The notes: generated from the sequence alone by a model not told the origin. A DNA stretch of 64,000 nt from Candidatus Heimdallarchaeota archaeon (GCA_016840095.1 JAEOSZ010000006.1:29200-93199), one strand, 5' to 3'; shown: positions 18,463 through 29,259, numbered from the stretch's first letter. Numbers and translations: made by a program.

Positions 18463-19533
18463 TTAGTTGATTATTCCTGTAACACTTGCCGTATTAACAG
18501 CTGCTTCATGGGTTAATCCTTCCTTTCCAAGAATGGTGAATCTTTGAGGACGTATTGTGTGGGCAATTTGGAGTGCTTTAATTACTTCTTCATCTTTTAA
18601 TCCTAGTTCTTTTGCCTTAACAGGTATGCCCAGATTATGTACAACATCACGAATATATTCCCAATCTAAGTCATGAAGATAAGCCATCATAATTGTTCCT
18701 AAAGCGCATTGTTCTCCGTGTAAAGCTGGTTTTTCTGCAAATGAGTCTAATGCATGACTAAACATATGTTCAGACCCACTACCTGGTCTTGATGAACCTG
18801 CTACACACATTGCCAACGAACTACTAATTAGAGCTTTTACAACTATTCTACTATATCCTTCTGCCTGACTTTTAATAAGATCTGCATTTTTAGTAATTAA
18901 CTGAACAGTCATGTCTGAAAGAGCAATAGAGTATTCACTAATCATTTCATTTTTTAGTCTGTGAGATAGCATCCAATCTTTGATTGCTGTTTTTTTTGCT
19001 ATAATATCTCCACAACCAGCTGCGGTAAATCTATATGGTGACTTATCCAGGATTGTTGTATCAGCTAGAACAGCAATTGGAGGTAATGCTTGGATTGAAT
19101 GTCTCTTATCTGAGCCAATAATTGAGGCTCTTGAACTCGCGACTCCGTCATGACTGGCAATTGTAGGTATTGAAATGAATCTTTGATTAGATTTGAAAGC
19201 TACAGACTTAGCAATATCAATAGGTCTTCCTCCTCCAAGTCCAATTACATAATCAGGTTTTATTTCCCTATGAACTTCTAATTGTTTGTCTACTTCATCC
19301 ATTGAACTGTCTTGAATAGTGGTTGTATACACACTGTGTTTACTGCTATTTGTTAAAATATCTTCAACTTCCTTTCCAACTTTATTTTTTAAGAACTCAT
19401 CAGTAATAAGTAGAGCTTTGCTTCCTAGTAACAATCGGTCTATGATATCAGGTAAGCTATTTAACATATCAGCTCCTAAACACAACAGTGTAGGTAATTC
19501 TATGAATTTAAATTCATTAATTATATTTGCCAT
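18463..19533 (-). CDS. egsA: sn-glycerol-1-phosphate dehydrogenase
   Basis: GGGRPID.AK, PTIASHDG.AS, SSRPGSGSEHMFSHALD, LHGEQC, RFTILG. Confidence 0.96.
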   Translation of the reverse strand: MANIINEFKFIELPTLLCLGADMLNSLPDIIDRLLLGSKALLITDEFLKNKVGKEVEDILTNSSKHSVYTTTIQDSSMDEVDKQLEVHREIKPDYVIGLGGGRPIDIAKSVAFKSNQRFISIPTIASHDGVASSRASIIGSDKRHSIQALPPIAVLADTTILDKSPYRFTAAGCGDIIAKKTAIKDWMLSHRLKNEMISEYSIALSDMTVQLITKNADLIKSQAEGYSRIVVKALISSSLAMCVAGSSRPGSGSEHMFSHALDSFAEKPALHGEQCALGTIMMAYLHDLDWEYIRDVVHNLGIPVKAKELGLKDEEVIKALQIAHTIRPQRFTILGKEGLTHEAAVNTASVTGIIN

Positions 19534-19596
19534 TCTAAAAAATAATCTAATAGGTTACTTTTATATTTTAACTTGAAAATGTAATCAAAATTATAG

Positions 19597-20571
19597 TTGA
19601 TGGAATTGTCTCTTCAAGAAGAAAATGATGTCTTTGAATTAGGTAAGAAACTAGGTTATCTACCATATATGATAAAGAGATATACGAAAATACTTGGAGA
19701 AAAGGGAACTGAAGAGATGATTAAATTCAATGAAACTAAACTTCCTCAAACAATTCGATTGAATTCTATAAGAAATCCTTACGAAAATACTGAAAATATC
19801 TTACTCAACAAAGGAATTAAGTTAGTAAAAGATTCTGAATTGCCAGAATCAAGGACTATTATCAAATCACCACATCCTATTGGAGCAACACCTGAATATC
19901 TTAATGGTTACTATATGCTACAAGGAAAAAATTCTATTTTTCCATCCCGGATTTTGAATCCTCAAGAAGACGAACTGGTTGGAGACTTTGCTGCTGCTCC
20001 TGGAGCTAAAACTACACACCTTGCACAATTAATGAATAACAAAGGAGCAATAATAGCCATTGATATCAGTGCCAATCGTTGCAGAAGTCTGAAATCTAAC
20101 CTATCGAGAATGGGTGTCAACAACACTATAGTTCTCCAAATAGATGCACGTAAAGCTAAGGATTTACATTTTCAGTTTGATAAAATTCTTCTTGATGCAC
20201 CTTGTTCAGGTTCAGGAGTTATAATTTCTGATCAAACTAGAAAGAATAGTAAAACAATGGAGGATATACTAAAGTATCATGATTATCAAGTTTCTTTACT
20301 TTCTGCAGCACTGAATGTTCTAAAACCTGATGGGGAACTTGTATATTGCACGTGTTCTTTAGAACCTGAAGAGAACGAGCTTGTAATCTCTGAGATATTG
20401 AAGAAAACAGATACAGAATTAACACAAATTGAGTTGCGTGCAAAGCCTGGATTAACACAATTCCTTGATATGGATTTGAACAAAGAATTAACCAAAACAA
20501 GAAGATTGTATCCTCATGAAACGAATGGAGAAGGATTCTTTATTGCAAAGTTGGTGAAAAATGATGAGTAA
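19597..20571 (+). CDS. NOL1/NOP2/Sun RNA m5C methyltransferase
   Basis: GATPEYLNGYYMLQ, AAPGAKT, LLDAPCSGSG, YCTCSLEPEENE, GFFIAKL. Confidence 0.95.
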   Translation: MMELSLQEENDVFELGKKLGYLPYMIKRYTKILGEKGTEEMIKFNETKLPQTIRLNSIRNPYENTENILLNKGIKLVKDSELPESRTIIKSPHPIGATPEYLNGYYMLQGKNSIFPSRILNPQEDELVGDFAAAPGAKTTHLAQLMNNKGAIIAIDISANRCRSLKSNLSRMGVNNTIVLQIDARKAKDLHFQFDKILLDAPCSGSGVIISDQTRKNSKTMEDILKYHDYQVSLLSAALNVLKPDGELVYCTCSLEPEENELVISEILKKTDTELTQIELRAKPGLTQFLDMDLNKELTKTRRLYPHETNGEGFFIAKLVKNDE

Positions 20572-21109
20572 ACCTGTATTTCGAATCAGAACCAAAGAAG
20601 AAGACAATCTCATCAGAAGAACTGTTGAGATTTACTTTGGTACAAGAAGTCTTTCTGCTTTTGAAAGGCATATTTTCTGGATAAAAGAAGGAAAAATAAA
20701 AGAGGTTTTTGCTGTCCCCCAAAAGAGTTCAGATTTGATCTCAAAAACCACTAACATTGAAGTTTATTCTGCTGGAATTCCTATTGGCAGCATTTGGTCA
20801 GATACATTCCAACTTGAAATAGAAGGTGCAAAAATGGTTTCAGATTTTACTTCCAAAAAGGTCATAGTTAAAACTGACCAATTTTTGTATGGAAAACCTA
20901 TTTTTAAAGAAAATCTAATACATTTTGAAGAATCCTTTGATAAAAACAACTTAATAATAATTATGAGTAAAACTAATATTTTCTATGGAATTGGTAAAGC
21001 TAAAGTTAATTCAGCTGACATCAATTCTCTAAACCAGAATGCTGTCATTATAGAAGGTTCAAAGACAAAACCGTTTGATGTAGGATGGTATCTGAGAGGA
21101 GGAAACTGA
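20561..21109 (+). CDS. Nip7-like PUA-domain ribosome biogenesis protein
   Basis: SAGIPIG, FLYGK, C-terminal DVGWYLRGG; overlaps the NOP2 stop. Confidence 0.82.
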   Translation: MMSKPVFRIRTKEEDNLIRRTVEIYFGTRSLSAFERHIFWIKEGKIKEVFAVPQKSSDLISKTTNIEVYSAGIPIGSIWSDTFQLEIEGAKMVSDFTSKKVIVKTDQFLYGKPIFKENLIHFEESFDKNNLIIIMSKTNIFYGIGKAKVNSADINSLNQNAVIIEGSKTKPFDVGWYLRGGN

Positions 21110-21253
21110 ATAATATTTTTAATTAGTTACTTCAATTGCTGAAATTCAAATTTTCTCAAGCAAAATCAAAAAGTATTTAAATATAATTTAGAGAGTTAAT
21201 TTAGTTTTAAACCTTATTTAAGCAAATACGAGAGCTTTTGTTCATCGAAATAT

Positions 21254-23197
21254 TTGTTTTTAAGAAATCTATTAGGGTTGAACAGTTTGAGTTACAGAGA
21301 AGTATTAGAGAAAATATCTGAAGATATACATGCTGAGCTACCTGCTAATTCTGATATTACTACGATAGAATTTGAAGGACCAGAAGTTGCTGTTTATTCC
21401 AAGAATCCTCGTGTATTAGTAGACGATGAAACTATTGTAAAAGAACTAGCAAAAAAGCTTAGAAAAAGAATCGTTATTCGTTCAGATCCAAGTGTAAGAT
21501 CGGATAAAGATGAAACAATTTTTACAATTAATGAATTAGTTGGAAAAGAGGGAGAAATTACAAATATTGATTTTGATGAACTTGTGGGTGAAGTGATTAT
21601 AGAAGCTCTTAAACCAGGAGTGATTATTGGCAAATCAGGTGAGATGCTAAGAAACATAATAGCTAAGACTTTGTGGAGACCAAGAGTAATGAGGACTCCT
21701 CCTATTGAATCAAGAGTGATTAAGACAATAAGACACCTACATCAAGAAAATTCAAAGAAACGCCAAGAGGTTCTTAGAACTGTTGGGAAGAGGATACATA
21801 GACCTGTAATCTATAGAGATGATACTATCAGAGTAACAGCTTTGGGAGGTTTTGCAGAAGTTGGAAGAAGTTCAGCTTTAATCCAAACAGGTGAAAGTAG
21901 AGCTCTTGTTGATTGCGGAATCAATGTAGGAAGCAACTCGCCAAATAACACTTTTCCAAGATTCGATTTGCCAGAATTTGACATTGAACAGCTTGATGCA
22001 GTTGTGATATCACATGCTCATCTTGATCATTCAGGTTTTGTTCCTTATTTATTCAAATATGGATACAAGGGTGCAGTTTATGCAACACGACCAACAAGAG
22101 ATTTGATGACAATGTTGCAAATAGACTATTTAGATGTAGCTCAAAAAGAGGGAAAAACACTACCTTATGAGAAAAAAGATATTAGTGAAGCAGTTTTACA
22201 CACAATTGTTTTAGATTATGGAGAAGTTACAGATATTACTCCAGATATAAGATTAACTTTCCACAATGCTGGTCACATTGTCGGAAGTGCAATTCCCCAT
22301 CTTCATATTGGGGAGGGGATTTACAATGTGGCTTTTGCTCAAGATATTAAATTTGCTAAGTCCAATTTATTAGACCCCGCAAATGCTAGATTTCCAAGAT
22401 TAGAAACACTATTTATTGAATCAACTTATGGTAAACCTCAGGATATACTTCCTTCGAGAGTTGAATGTGAAAAGATGTTAAAGAACATAATCCGCGATAC
22501 AATTCAAAAGGGTGGTAAAATACTAATTCCAGTACTTGCTGTAGGCAGAGCTCAAGAAATTCTAGTTGTTTTAGAGAATCTTATGAGATCGGGAGAACTC
22601 CCACAAATTCCTGTTTATACTGATGGTATGATCCGAGAGGCTTCAGCTATCACAACTGCCCACCCTGAGTTTTTATCCAAAGCTTTGAGAGAACGAATAT
22701 TCCATGAGGGAGAGAATCCTTTCCTTGCAGAGCAGATGAAACATGTTTCGGGTAGTGAAGAAAGAGATTTGATAATTGAAGGAGATCCTGCAATAATTTT
22801 AGCAACAAGTGGTATGATGAATGGTGGTCCTAGTGTTCAATACTTCAAGGCTCTTTGCACCGATCCTAATAATTCACTAATTTTCGTGAGTTACCAAGGA
22901 AAGGGAACTCTGGGAAGTAAAATACAAAAGGGAATTACAGAGATTCAAATGGTTGAAAATGGAAGAACTGTCATGCATCATATAGAAATGGCAGTTCATA
23001 GTATCTCTGGTTTTACTGGTCATAGTGACAGAAGAGAATTAGAGAATTATATCCACAAAGTTACTCCAAAACCTGAAAGAGTTGTTGTTATTCACGGGGA
23101 AGAATCGAAAGTAACAAAATTTGCATCTTGGGTTTACAAGAACACAAAAAGAGAGAGTCTTGCACCTCCCAATGGAACAACTATCAGATTAAAATAA
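21254..23197 (+). CDS. fttA: Beta-CASP ribonuclease aCPSF1 / transcription termination factor FttA
   Basis: N-terminal KH domains (IEFEGPE), HAHLDHSG, NAGHIVGS, AVGRAQE, GFTGHSD, VIHGE. Confidence 0.96.
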   Translation: MFLRNLLGLNSLSYREVLEKISEDIHAELPANSDITTIEFEGPEVAVYSKNPRVLVDDETIVKELAKKLRKRIVIRSDPSVRSDKDETIFTINELVGKEGEITNIDFDELVGEVIIEALKPGVIIGKSGEMLRNIIAKTLWRPRVMRTPPIESRVIKTIRHLHQENSKKRQEVLRTVGKRIHRPVIYRDDTIRVTALGGFAEVGRSSALIQTGESRALVDCGINVGSNSPNNTFPRFDLPEFDIEQLDAVVISHAHLDHSGFVPYLFKYGYKGAVYATRPTRDLMTMLQIDYLDVAQKEGKTLPYEKKDISEAVLHTIVLDYGEVTDITPDIRLTFHNAGHIVGSAIPHLHIGEGIYNVAFAQDIKFAKSNLLDPANARFPRLETLFIESTYGKPQDILPSRVECEKMLKNIIRDTIQKGGKILIPVLAVGRAQEILVVLENLMRSGELPQIPVYTDGMIREASAITTAHPEFLSKALRERIFHEGENPFLAEQMKHVSGSEERDLIIEGDPAIILATSGMMNGGPSVQYFKALCTDPNNSLIFVSYQGKGTLGSKIQKGITEIQMVENGRTVMHHIEMAVHSISGFTGHSDRRELENYIHKVTPKPERVVVIHGEESKVTKFASWVYKNTKRESLAPPNGTTIRLK

Positions 23198-23204
23198 TAT
23201 TCAA

Positions 23205-23696
23205 TTAAAATTGAAATCCCCAAATAGAATCTCTTAGATGATGGAGATTCTTGATTACTTTTCCCTTTTTTGTTTTTGAGAATTCCTTTGCAGATACCAG
23301 TGATTTACCTACTCCAAGGATAGAATTAGCTTTTTCCTCATGAATTATAACTATGGATCCTTTCACTATAGATTCATCAAAGTAAACAATTCCAGGAGCC
23401 ATAACATCAGCACCATTAGTAATAAACTTGATTGCACCAATATCAACTACAATTTTTGGAAGAGAATAAGCATGATTACGTAAATAGTGTATAGTTGGTA
23501 TTTTTTTATTTTCAAATTCAAACACCCAAATTCTACTATTACTAACTATATATGTTCCTTCGTCTGTTCTGACTTCTTCAATAATTAAATCCCGTTGAAC
23601 TGAATCTTCTACTTCCTCACCAAATAAATCAGCTAATTGAGAAAATAGCACTTTTTTATCTTTTTTAGAAAGATGATTTCTTGCTTTAATCTGCAT
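23205..23696 (-). CDS. PUA-domain RNA-binding protein (DUF1947, MCT-1/Tma20-like)
   Basis: VVDIGAIKFITNGADVMAPGI, KGKVIKNLHHLRD.IW; start at MQIK (23696) removes the overlap with the upstream gene. Confidence 0.9.
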   Translation of the reverse strand: MQIKARNHLSKKDKKVLFSQLADLFGEEVEDSVQRDLIIEEVRTDEGTYIVSNSRIWVFEFENKKIPTIHYLRNHAYSLPKIVVDIGAIKFITNGADVMAPGIVYFDESIVKGSIVIIHEEKANSILGVGKSLVSAKEFSKTKKGKVIKNLHHLRDSIWGFQF

Positions 23697-23715
23697 ATCA
23701 ATACATTCCAAAAAA

Positions 23716-24159
23716 CTATTTTTGTAATCTGTCAAGAATAGAGGTGTATGATTCTTTGATTGCTTCATATCTTTCTTTTGAAGACATTCCTAAAACATAC
23801 ATTTGCTCCTCATTTTCAAGTCTTCTTGTATACTCTTCACTTAAAGCAGAAATAAATGTATCAATAGAATCTCGTACATTGGAAAGCAATTCAAGACCAG
23901 GTGAGGGTATAGTATAGATATATTTCAAAGTAGGATATGTATCAGCTTTTCTCTCTATCAAACCAATTTCAAGCATTTGTTTGAGATGTTTTTCAACAGC
24001 AGGTCTCGATATAGCTAACTCTTTGGTTAGTTCATCTGCTGTTAGTTTCATATTTCCCAAGAGAGTGAGAATTTTTCTCCTGGTACTATCACGAAAAATG
24101 GAATAGATGGTGTCTACAATTGGAATTTCTTCCTGAGAATCATCTATAATATCTGACAT
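23716..24159 (-). CDS. ArsR-type winged-helix regulator with C-terminal SHOCT-like helix pair
   Basis: TRRKILTLL...LTADELTKELAISRPAVEKHLKQM..IGLIER. Confidence 0.85.
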   Translation of the reverse strand: MSDIIDDSQEEIPIVDTIYSIFRDSTRRKILTLLGNMKLTADELTKELAISRPAVEKHLKQMLEIGLIERKADTYPTLKYIYTIPSPGLELLSNVRDSIDTFISALSEEYTRRLENEEQMYVLGMSSKERYEAIKESYTSILDRLQK

Positions 24160-24193
24160 ATGTCTAACAGTTTTCTTTCTACTTAAATTGTTG

Positions 24194-24240
24194 TCGGTTT
24201 AAACTTCTCGGTTTAAGCTTGAAACTTAGGGCTTAAGTTC
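24194..24240. promoter_or_regulatory. Tandem direct repeat, putative operator between divergent genes
   Basis: TCGGTTTAAACTT (24194-24206) and TCGGTTTAAGCTT (24208-24220), 14-bp period, plus degenerate AGGGCTTAAGTTC (24228-24240). Confidence 0.55.
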
Positions 24241-24304
24241 ATTTCCCAAGTGATTAAAATAAACATTATATAAAGTGCTGATAATATTGTATTAAGGTGA
24301 AAGA

Positions 24305-25207
24305 ATGAGTCAAAATGACATAAGAATGTACAAAGAACTCTTAGATCTCCTCGAAAAAAGAATGGATGAAGGAGATATCGATAAAGCTAGTTATGCTGAG
24401 TTAAAGGAAAGGTATACTCAAAAATTAGAAACAACTAGACAAGAGTTTGAATTTAGAAAAGATGCACCTAACATAAAAGTATCGGGGTCAAAAACATTCA
24501 CTCAAGATGCTATTATAGTTTCAGGTGCTGCTACGATTTCAGGAGGAAAAATTGAGAGAGACATAAGAGTTTCTGGATCAGGTAAAATATCTGGAGATGT
24601 TGAATGCAATGCTTTACGTTGTTCAGGGGCAATGAAAGCATATGGAAATATACTAGCACATGGAGAAGTAAAATGCTCTGGATCATTTAGATGTGATAAA
24701 AATCTGACAACTGATGAAAATGCTTCATTTAGTGGTTCAGCAAAAATCTATGGTGAAACTATAGTTAATGGTCACCTTACAGTGACTGGTTCATATAGAG
24801 GTACTAAGGACACTGTAGCTGTTAAAGGTGCCACTCTTACAGGTTCCACAATAATAGAGGGTAATCTTTTTTCAGAAAATTCTATTAAAATTGGTGGAAA
24901 AGCTCGAATTTTGAAAAATATAATCTGTGATAGTGTATTAATTGAAGGAAGAAGAACTGTATTTGAGTCTTTTTTCTTTAGAAGAGCAAAAAAACTAGTA
25001 ACTGTTGAAAAAAGTATTATCGCCCATAATGAAGTTGATATTCAAGATGTTAGGGTACTAAAGAATATCAAAGCTAGAACAGTAAGATTAGGTCCCAACA
25101 CAGTGGTAGAAGGAACAGTATACTATGTGGAAGATCTATTTATGGCTGATAGTGTAAGGTTAGAGAAAGAGCCAAAGAAAATATCTCAAGAGGAAATTAA
25201 ACTCTAG
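24305..25207 (+). CDS. Bactofilin-like / polymer-forming cytoskeletal beta-helix protein with N-terminal SHOCT-like domain
   Basis: Repeated (V/C)SGS-x-K/R-I-x-G turns of about 17-18 aa, C-terminal IKARTVRLGPNTVVEGTVYY. Confidence 0.78.
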   Translation: MSQNDIRMYKELLDLLEKRMDEGDIDKASYAELKERYTQKLETTRQEFEFRKDAPNIKVSGSKTFTQDAIIVSGAATISGGKIERDIRVSGSGKISGDVECNALRCSGAMKAYGNILAHGEVKCSGSFRCDKNLTTDENASFSGSAKIYGETIVNGHLTVTGSYRGTKDTVAVKGATLTGSTIIEGNLFSENSIKIGGKARILKNIICDSVLIEGRRTVFESFFFRRAKKLVTVEKSIIAHNEVDIQDVRVLKNIKARTVRLGPNTVVEGTVYYVEDLFMADSVRLEKEPKKISQEEIKL

Positions 25208-25250
25208 ATATTTTCTTCTTTTTATATTTCTCTAAGGTTTGGTATGCTTC

Positions 25251-26768
25251 CTATATCTGATACAATGAGGAGAATTTTTCTTTAAGATATTTTATATGGT
25301 AGTTTGGTGTGAGGTTTTCACCAGTTATGCTCTTAACCATATCTAAACAATCCAAGGTTCCACCTTTTTGGTGTATAGATGTTTCAAGCCATTCTCGGAT
25401 TGGAGTAAATTTACCATTTTGTAATGAATCTTGCCAATTGGGCAAATCTCTAGATAGTTTAGCAGTCAATTGGGAGGATATTAAATCCCCAATTCCATAA
25501 CCAAAGAAATAACCATAATATTGGCTATACCAGTGTAAATCTTGCATCAATCCTAATGTATCGTTTGGAACATCTACACCTAAGTATTGCCTATATTTAT
25601 CATTCCAAACTTGAGGTAAATCTCTTGTATCTATTTTCCCAGCAAACCAATCTCGTTCTATTTCAAATCGGATTATTATATGTAAAATATAAGTTACTTC
25701 ATCAGCTTGTATTCTTATAAAACCAGGATTCACTGCATTTAGAGCAAAGTAAAAATCATCAAGAGAAATATCTTTGAATATACCATCCGTATCTTTTTGA
25801 AATTGAGGATAATAATGATTCCAGAAATCTTTCGAGCTAGCGATTATATTCTCAAGAAATCTAGATTGTGATTCTCCAAAACTTGGAGATCCCATACGAT
25901 AAATAGGCTGGTTAAACCATTCTTCTTTTCCTTGCAATGAATGAATTGCATGACCACATTCGTGTGCTCCGGCTAAAAAAGCAGATAAAACATGGTCCTC
26001 ATGATACTTTACCGTAACTCTAACATCTTTGAAACCCCCTCCAATAGTCAATGGATGTTCAACTTCAGCAATGTTGCCCACAGCATTTTCAGAATAGAAA
26101 TCATATTCTAAGAAGCGTGAAAGGTTTTCAACCATTTTTACTTGAGATGATCGTGGAACCTTCCTACTGATAAATGATCTATCTGGTTTTATATCTGACT
26201 CAGTGCATTTTTTGATGAAAGGTATAAGAAAGGATTTAACTTCATCAAACAGTTTAGTGAGTATTTCTACTCCAAATCCTTTGTCTCGACTATCAATAAG
26301 TGCATCAAAAGGATCATCCATATTTTTGGATTTAGCCAATAGTCTATTAGCCTCATCATTAAGAGAAAATAAATCTTCTAAATCAGGAAGAACCATTTGA
26401 AAGTCAGATTTTGCTTTAGCTTTTTTCCAAATTTCAAGAGTTTTGTTTGATTGGGCAGCAAGTTTTCCAACTAATTCAGAAGGAAGAGTTGTTCTATCAT
26501 CATAAGCTCTCCTTATCAATTCTACGTTTCGCTTTTGGAGATTATCAAGAGAAGTATCTCTTTCACATGAATCTAATAACTTACCTACTTCAGGTTTGGT
26601 GATTAAACCATGTGTTTTTTGGCTTATATATTGAAATTGTTTTGCTCTTTGACCCACAGCAGCAGGTGGCATATGGGTATTCATATCCCAGTAAAGTACT
26701 CCACTAATTGAATTCAAAAGCTGAATTTCTTGATAAGTTTCCAATAATGCTTCGTATTCCCTACTCAT
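25251..26768 (-). CDS. Carboxypeptidase M32 (Taq/Pfu type)
   Basis: WDMNTHMPP, HPLT, DVRVT, HECGH, ESQSR, IRIQADE, MQDLHW. Confidence 0.96.
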   Translation of the reverse strand: MSREYEALLETYQEIQLLNSISGVLYWDMNTHMPPAAVGQRAKQFQYISQKTHGLITKPEVGKLLDSCERDTSLDNLQKRNVELIRRAYDDRTTLPSELVGKLAAQSNKTLEIWKKAKAKSDFQMVLPDLEDLFSLNDEANRLLAKSKNMDDPFDALIDSRDKGFGVEILTKLFDEVKSFLIPFIKKCTESDIKPDRSFISRKVPRSSQVKMVENLSRFLEYDFYSENAVGNIAEVEHPLTIGGGFKDVRVTVKYHEDHVLSAFLAGAHECGHAIHSLQGKEEWFNQPIYRMGSPSFGESQSRFLENIIASSKDFWNHYYPQFQKDTDGIFKDISLDDFYFALNAVNPGFIRIQADEVTYILHIIIRFEIERDWFAGKIDTRDLPQVWNDKYRQYLGVDVPNDTLGLMQDLHWYSQYYGYFFGYGIGDLISSQLTAKLSRDLPNWQDSLQNGKFTPIREWLETSIHQKGGTLDCLDMVKSITGENLTPNYHIKYLKEKFSSLYQI

Positions 26769-26843
26769 TATTATCATTAACAGAAAAACGAATAATGTTC
26801 AAAAATGTTATCCATTGGATAGAAAAAGAAAAAAGGAAACAGG

Positions 26844-28094
26844 TTATTTGTTTCCAAGATAATTTGCTTTATCCCCTAACTGTTCTTCAATACGTAACAA
26901 CTGATTATATTTAGCAGTTCGTTCTCCTCTTGCAGGAGCACCTGTTTTTATTCTTTCAGCACCCAGTGCAACTGCTAAATCAGCAATGAAAGCATCTTCA
27001 GTCTCTCCTGATCTGTGTGAAATATTAATACCCCAACCATTATCACGAGCAAGATTAGCTGCTTGGATAGATTCAGTTAGTGTTCCTATTTGGTTTACTT
27101 TCAACAAGAGATAATTAGCCGCTTTCTTGTCTATAGCCATCTGTATTCTTTTTGGGTTAGTTACTGTTAAATCATCAGCTACTACAGATATATCTGGTAA
27201 CTTAGCATGTAGCTCTGCAAAAGAATCAAAATCATTTTCATCAAATGGATCTTCCATTGAAATTATTGGGTATTTCTCGGCAAGATCAATATAATAATCG
27301 ACAAGTTCACTTCCAGTTAAATTCTTTCCATCAACTTCGTATAAAGAATTTTCAAAGAATTCAGATGCAGCTGAATCCAGACCGATGGAGATTTGTTTTC
27401 CAGGTCTATATCCAGCATCTTCAATTGCTTCTACAAGCATATCCAAAGCTTCAGGAGCTGTATCAACTGGACTACCAAAACCACCTTCGTCGCCCAAGTT
27501 AATTGCAGACGGACCAAATTTCTTTAGATTGTTTCTAAGAACCTGATAGACTTCACAAGTTGCTCTCAATGCTTCATCATACTTTTTGAAACCATGAGGA
27601 ATTAGCATAAATTCTTGGATTTTTAGATTTCCACCTGCATGTTTTCCTCCATTAATCACATTCAGCATAGGAACAGGCAAACTTGTTGCTTCCTTATTCA
27701 AGTACTCATAAATTGGAAGGTTCAATCCATCCGCTGCAGCTTTACATACAGCTAATGAAACCCCAAGCATTGCGTTTGCTCCAAGTTTAGACTTGTTTTC
27801 TGTCCCATCAATTTCCAACATTAAATTATCTATTGCTTCCTGTTCAGTAACCTCCATCCCAATTACTTTGGGAGCAATTAGCTTGTTAATGTTATTTAGA
27901 GCTTTTAAGACACCCTTTCCAAGGAACCGTTTGTCTTTATCTCTTAATTCGAGTGCTTCATGTTCTCCGGTAGAAGCTCCAGAAGGCACTAAGGCACGAC
28001 CAAAGCCTTCTGATGTGTAAACATCAACCTCAACAGTAGGATTTCCTCTTGAATCTATTATCTCACGAGGAATTATTTTTGTTATTTTAGGCAT
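26844..28094 (-). CDS. eno: Enolase
   Basis: [46 protein letters not shown]. Confidence 0.98.
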   Translation of the reverse strand: MPKITKIIPREIIDSRGNPTVEVDVYTSEGFGRALVPSGASTGEHEALELRDKDKRFLGKGVLKALNNINKLIAPKVIGMEVTEQEAIDNLMLEIDGTENKSKLGANAMLGVSLAVCKAAADGLNLPIYEYLNKEATSLPVPMLNVINGGKHAGGNLKIQEFMLIPHGFKKYDEALRATCEVYQVLRNNLKKFGPSAINLGDEGGFGSPVDTAPEALDMLVEAIEDAGYRPGKQISIGLDSAASEFFENSLYEVDGKNLTGSELVDYYIDLAEKYPIISMEDPFDENDFDSFAELHAKLPDISVVADDLTVTNPKRIQMAIDKKAANYLLLKVNQIGTLTESIQAANLARDNGWGINISHRSGETEDAFIADLAVALGAERIKTGAPARGERTAKYNQLLRIEEQLGDKANYLGNK

Positions 28095-28148
28095 AGTAAT
28101 CAATGAAGAAAATAAAGCAAGGTTATTAAGGATTTTTCCATGTATATC

Positions 28149-29147
28149 TCATTTCTTAAAATGCTCAAATCCTTCTTCTGAGAGAGTATAATTTGAGTAC
28201 TCTTTATCCAAAATAATGATGTTGTTATGAGTAGAATTAAAACAACCAATTTTCTGAATAAACAAATTATTGTCTTCTGCGTGTTTTAACAGCTCTTCTT
28301 CCAATTCTGGAATAATTGAAAAGATAAGTTCAAACTCTTCTCCTCCATTAAAAACTAAATCTAATAGATTAATATCTTCATCATTTACATAAGATTCCAC
28401 ATCAGGGTGAATAGGTACTTCTTTTACATCTATTCCCATTTTGTTTATTTCTGACAACTCCTTTAGAGTTATTAACAATCCATCTGAACTATCCATACAT
28501 GTATTGATTGATATTTCTTTGAATAAGTCTAGATAATTCATTTTTGCTTTCGGTTCAAGAGTAGCGGACAATACTAAATCGATCAGTTCAACAGGTATTT
28601 GTTCATTATGCAATAGTTTCTTGTATCCTAGAGAAGTTAATCCAAAAAGACCTGATGAAAAAATCAAATCTCCATCTTTTGCACCTTGTCTTGGAATAAG
28701 TTTTTCTTTTTCACAGACTCCAAATGAAATCAAATCTATTATGATATCATCTGCTTCATTTAAATCTCCTCCAAGATATAATGTTCCATAATCACTGCAT
28801 TGATTTCTTATTCCAAAAATTATATCTTTAGCTTTTGAAACTTCCAAATCTGAAGGAAATCCAATACTAGCAAGGCAACCTAAAGGTACTGTGTTCTTAG
28901 CAACTAAATCACTCACTGACATAGTAACAGCTTTTCTCCCTATTTGTTCTAAACTCATTCCTGGTAAAACATCTGTTTTATTAACTAACATATCAGCATT
29001 AATTACCAAAATATCTCTAGAAGGCAGTGGAAAAGTTGATGCATCTTCATTGAAAGGCAGTACAGGAGTGTCGACTAATTCAGTTAGCTGAGATAGAAAA
29101 GTTTTCTCTCCAATATCTTCCATTGTTGAATCTGATTTTTTACTCAT
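28149..29147 (-). CDS. thiL: Thiamine-monophosphate kinase
   Basis: IGE..F, EDA, SVSDL.A, GGDL, DSSDGL, GGEEFEL, GFEHF. Confidence 0.93.
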   Translation of the reverse strand: MSKKSDSTMEDIGEKTFLSQLTELVDTPVLPFNEDASTFPLPSRDILVINADMLVNKTDVLPGMSLEQIGRKAVTMSVSDLVAKNTVPLGCLASIGFPSDLEVSKAKDIIFGIRNQCSDYGTLYLGGDLNEADDIIIDLISFGVCEKEKLIPRQGAKDGDLIFSSGLFGLTSLGYKKLLHNEQIPVELIDLVLSATLEPKAKMNYLDLFKEISINTCMDSSDGLLITLKELSEINKMGIDVKEVPIHPDVESYVNDEDINLLDLVFNGGEEFELIFSIIPELEEELLKHAEDNNLFIQKIGCFNSTHNNIIILDKEYSNYTLSEEGFEHFKK

Positions 29148-29259
29148 TTTCTTCCCTTAACATGATTATAAAAAAGCAATATCAAAAGAATTTCTGCTAA
29201 TATCATGATTTCACTTTACAAAAAGAGAAAATAGAAGAAGGAAAATAGAATAACCCCTG

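Noticed and set aside
23696-23768. Apparent 53-bp overlap between the ArsR-type and PUA genes
   Set aside because: Artefact of the longest-ORF start; the ATG at 23696 removes it
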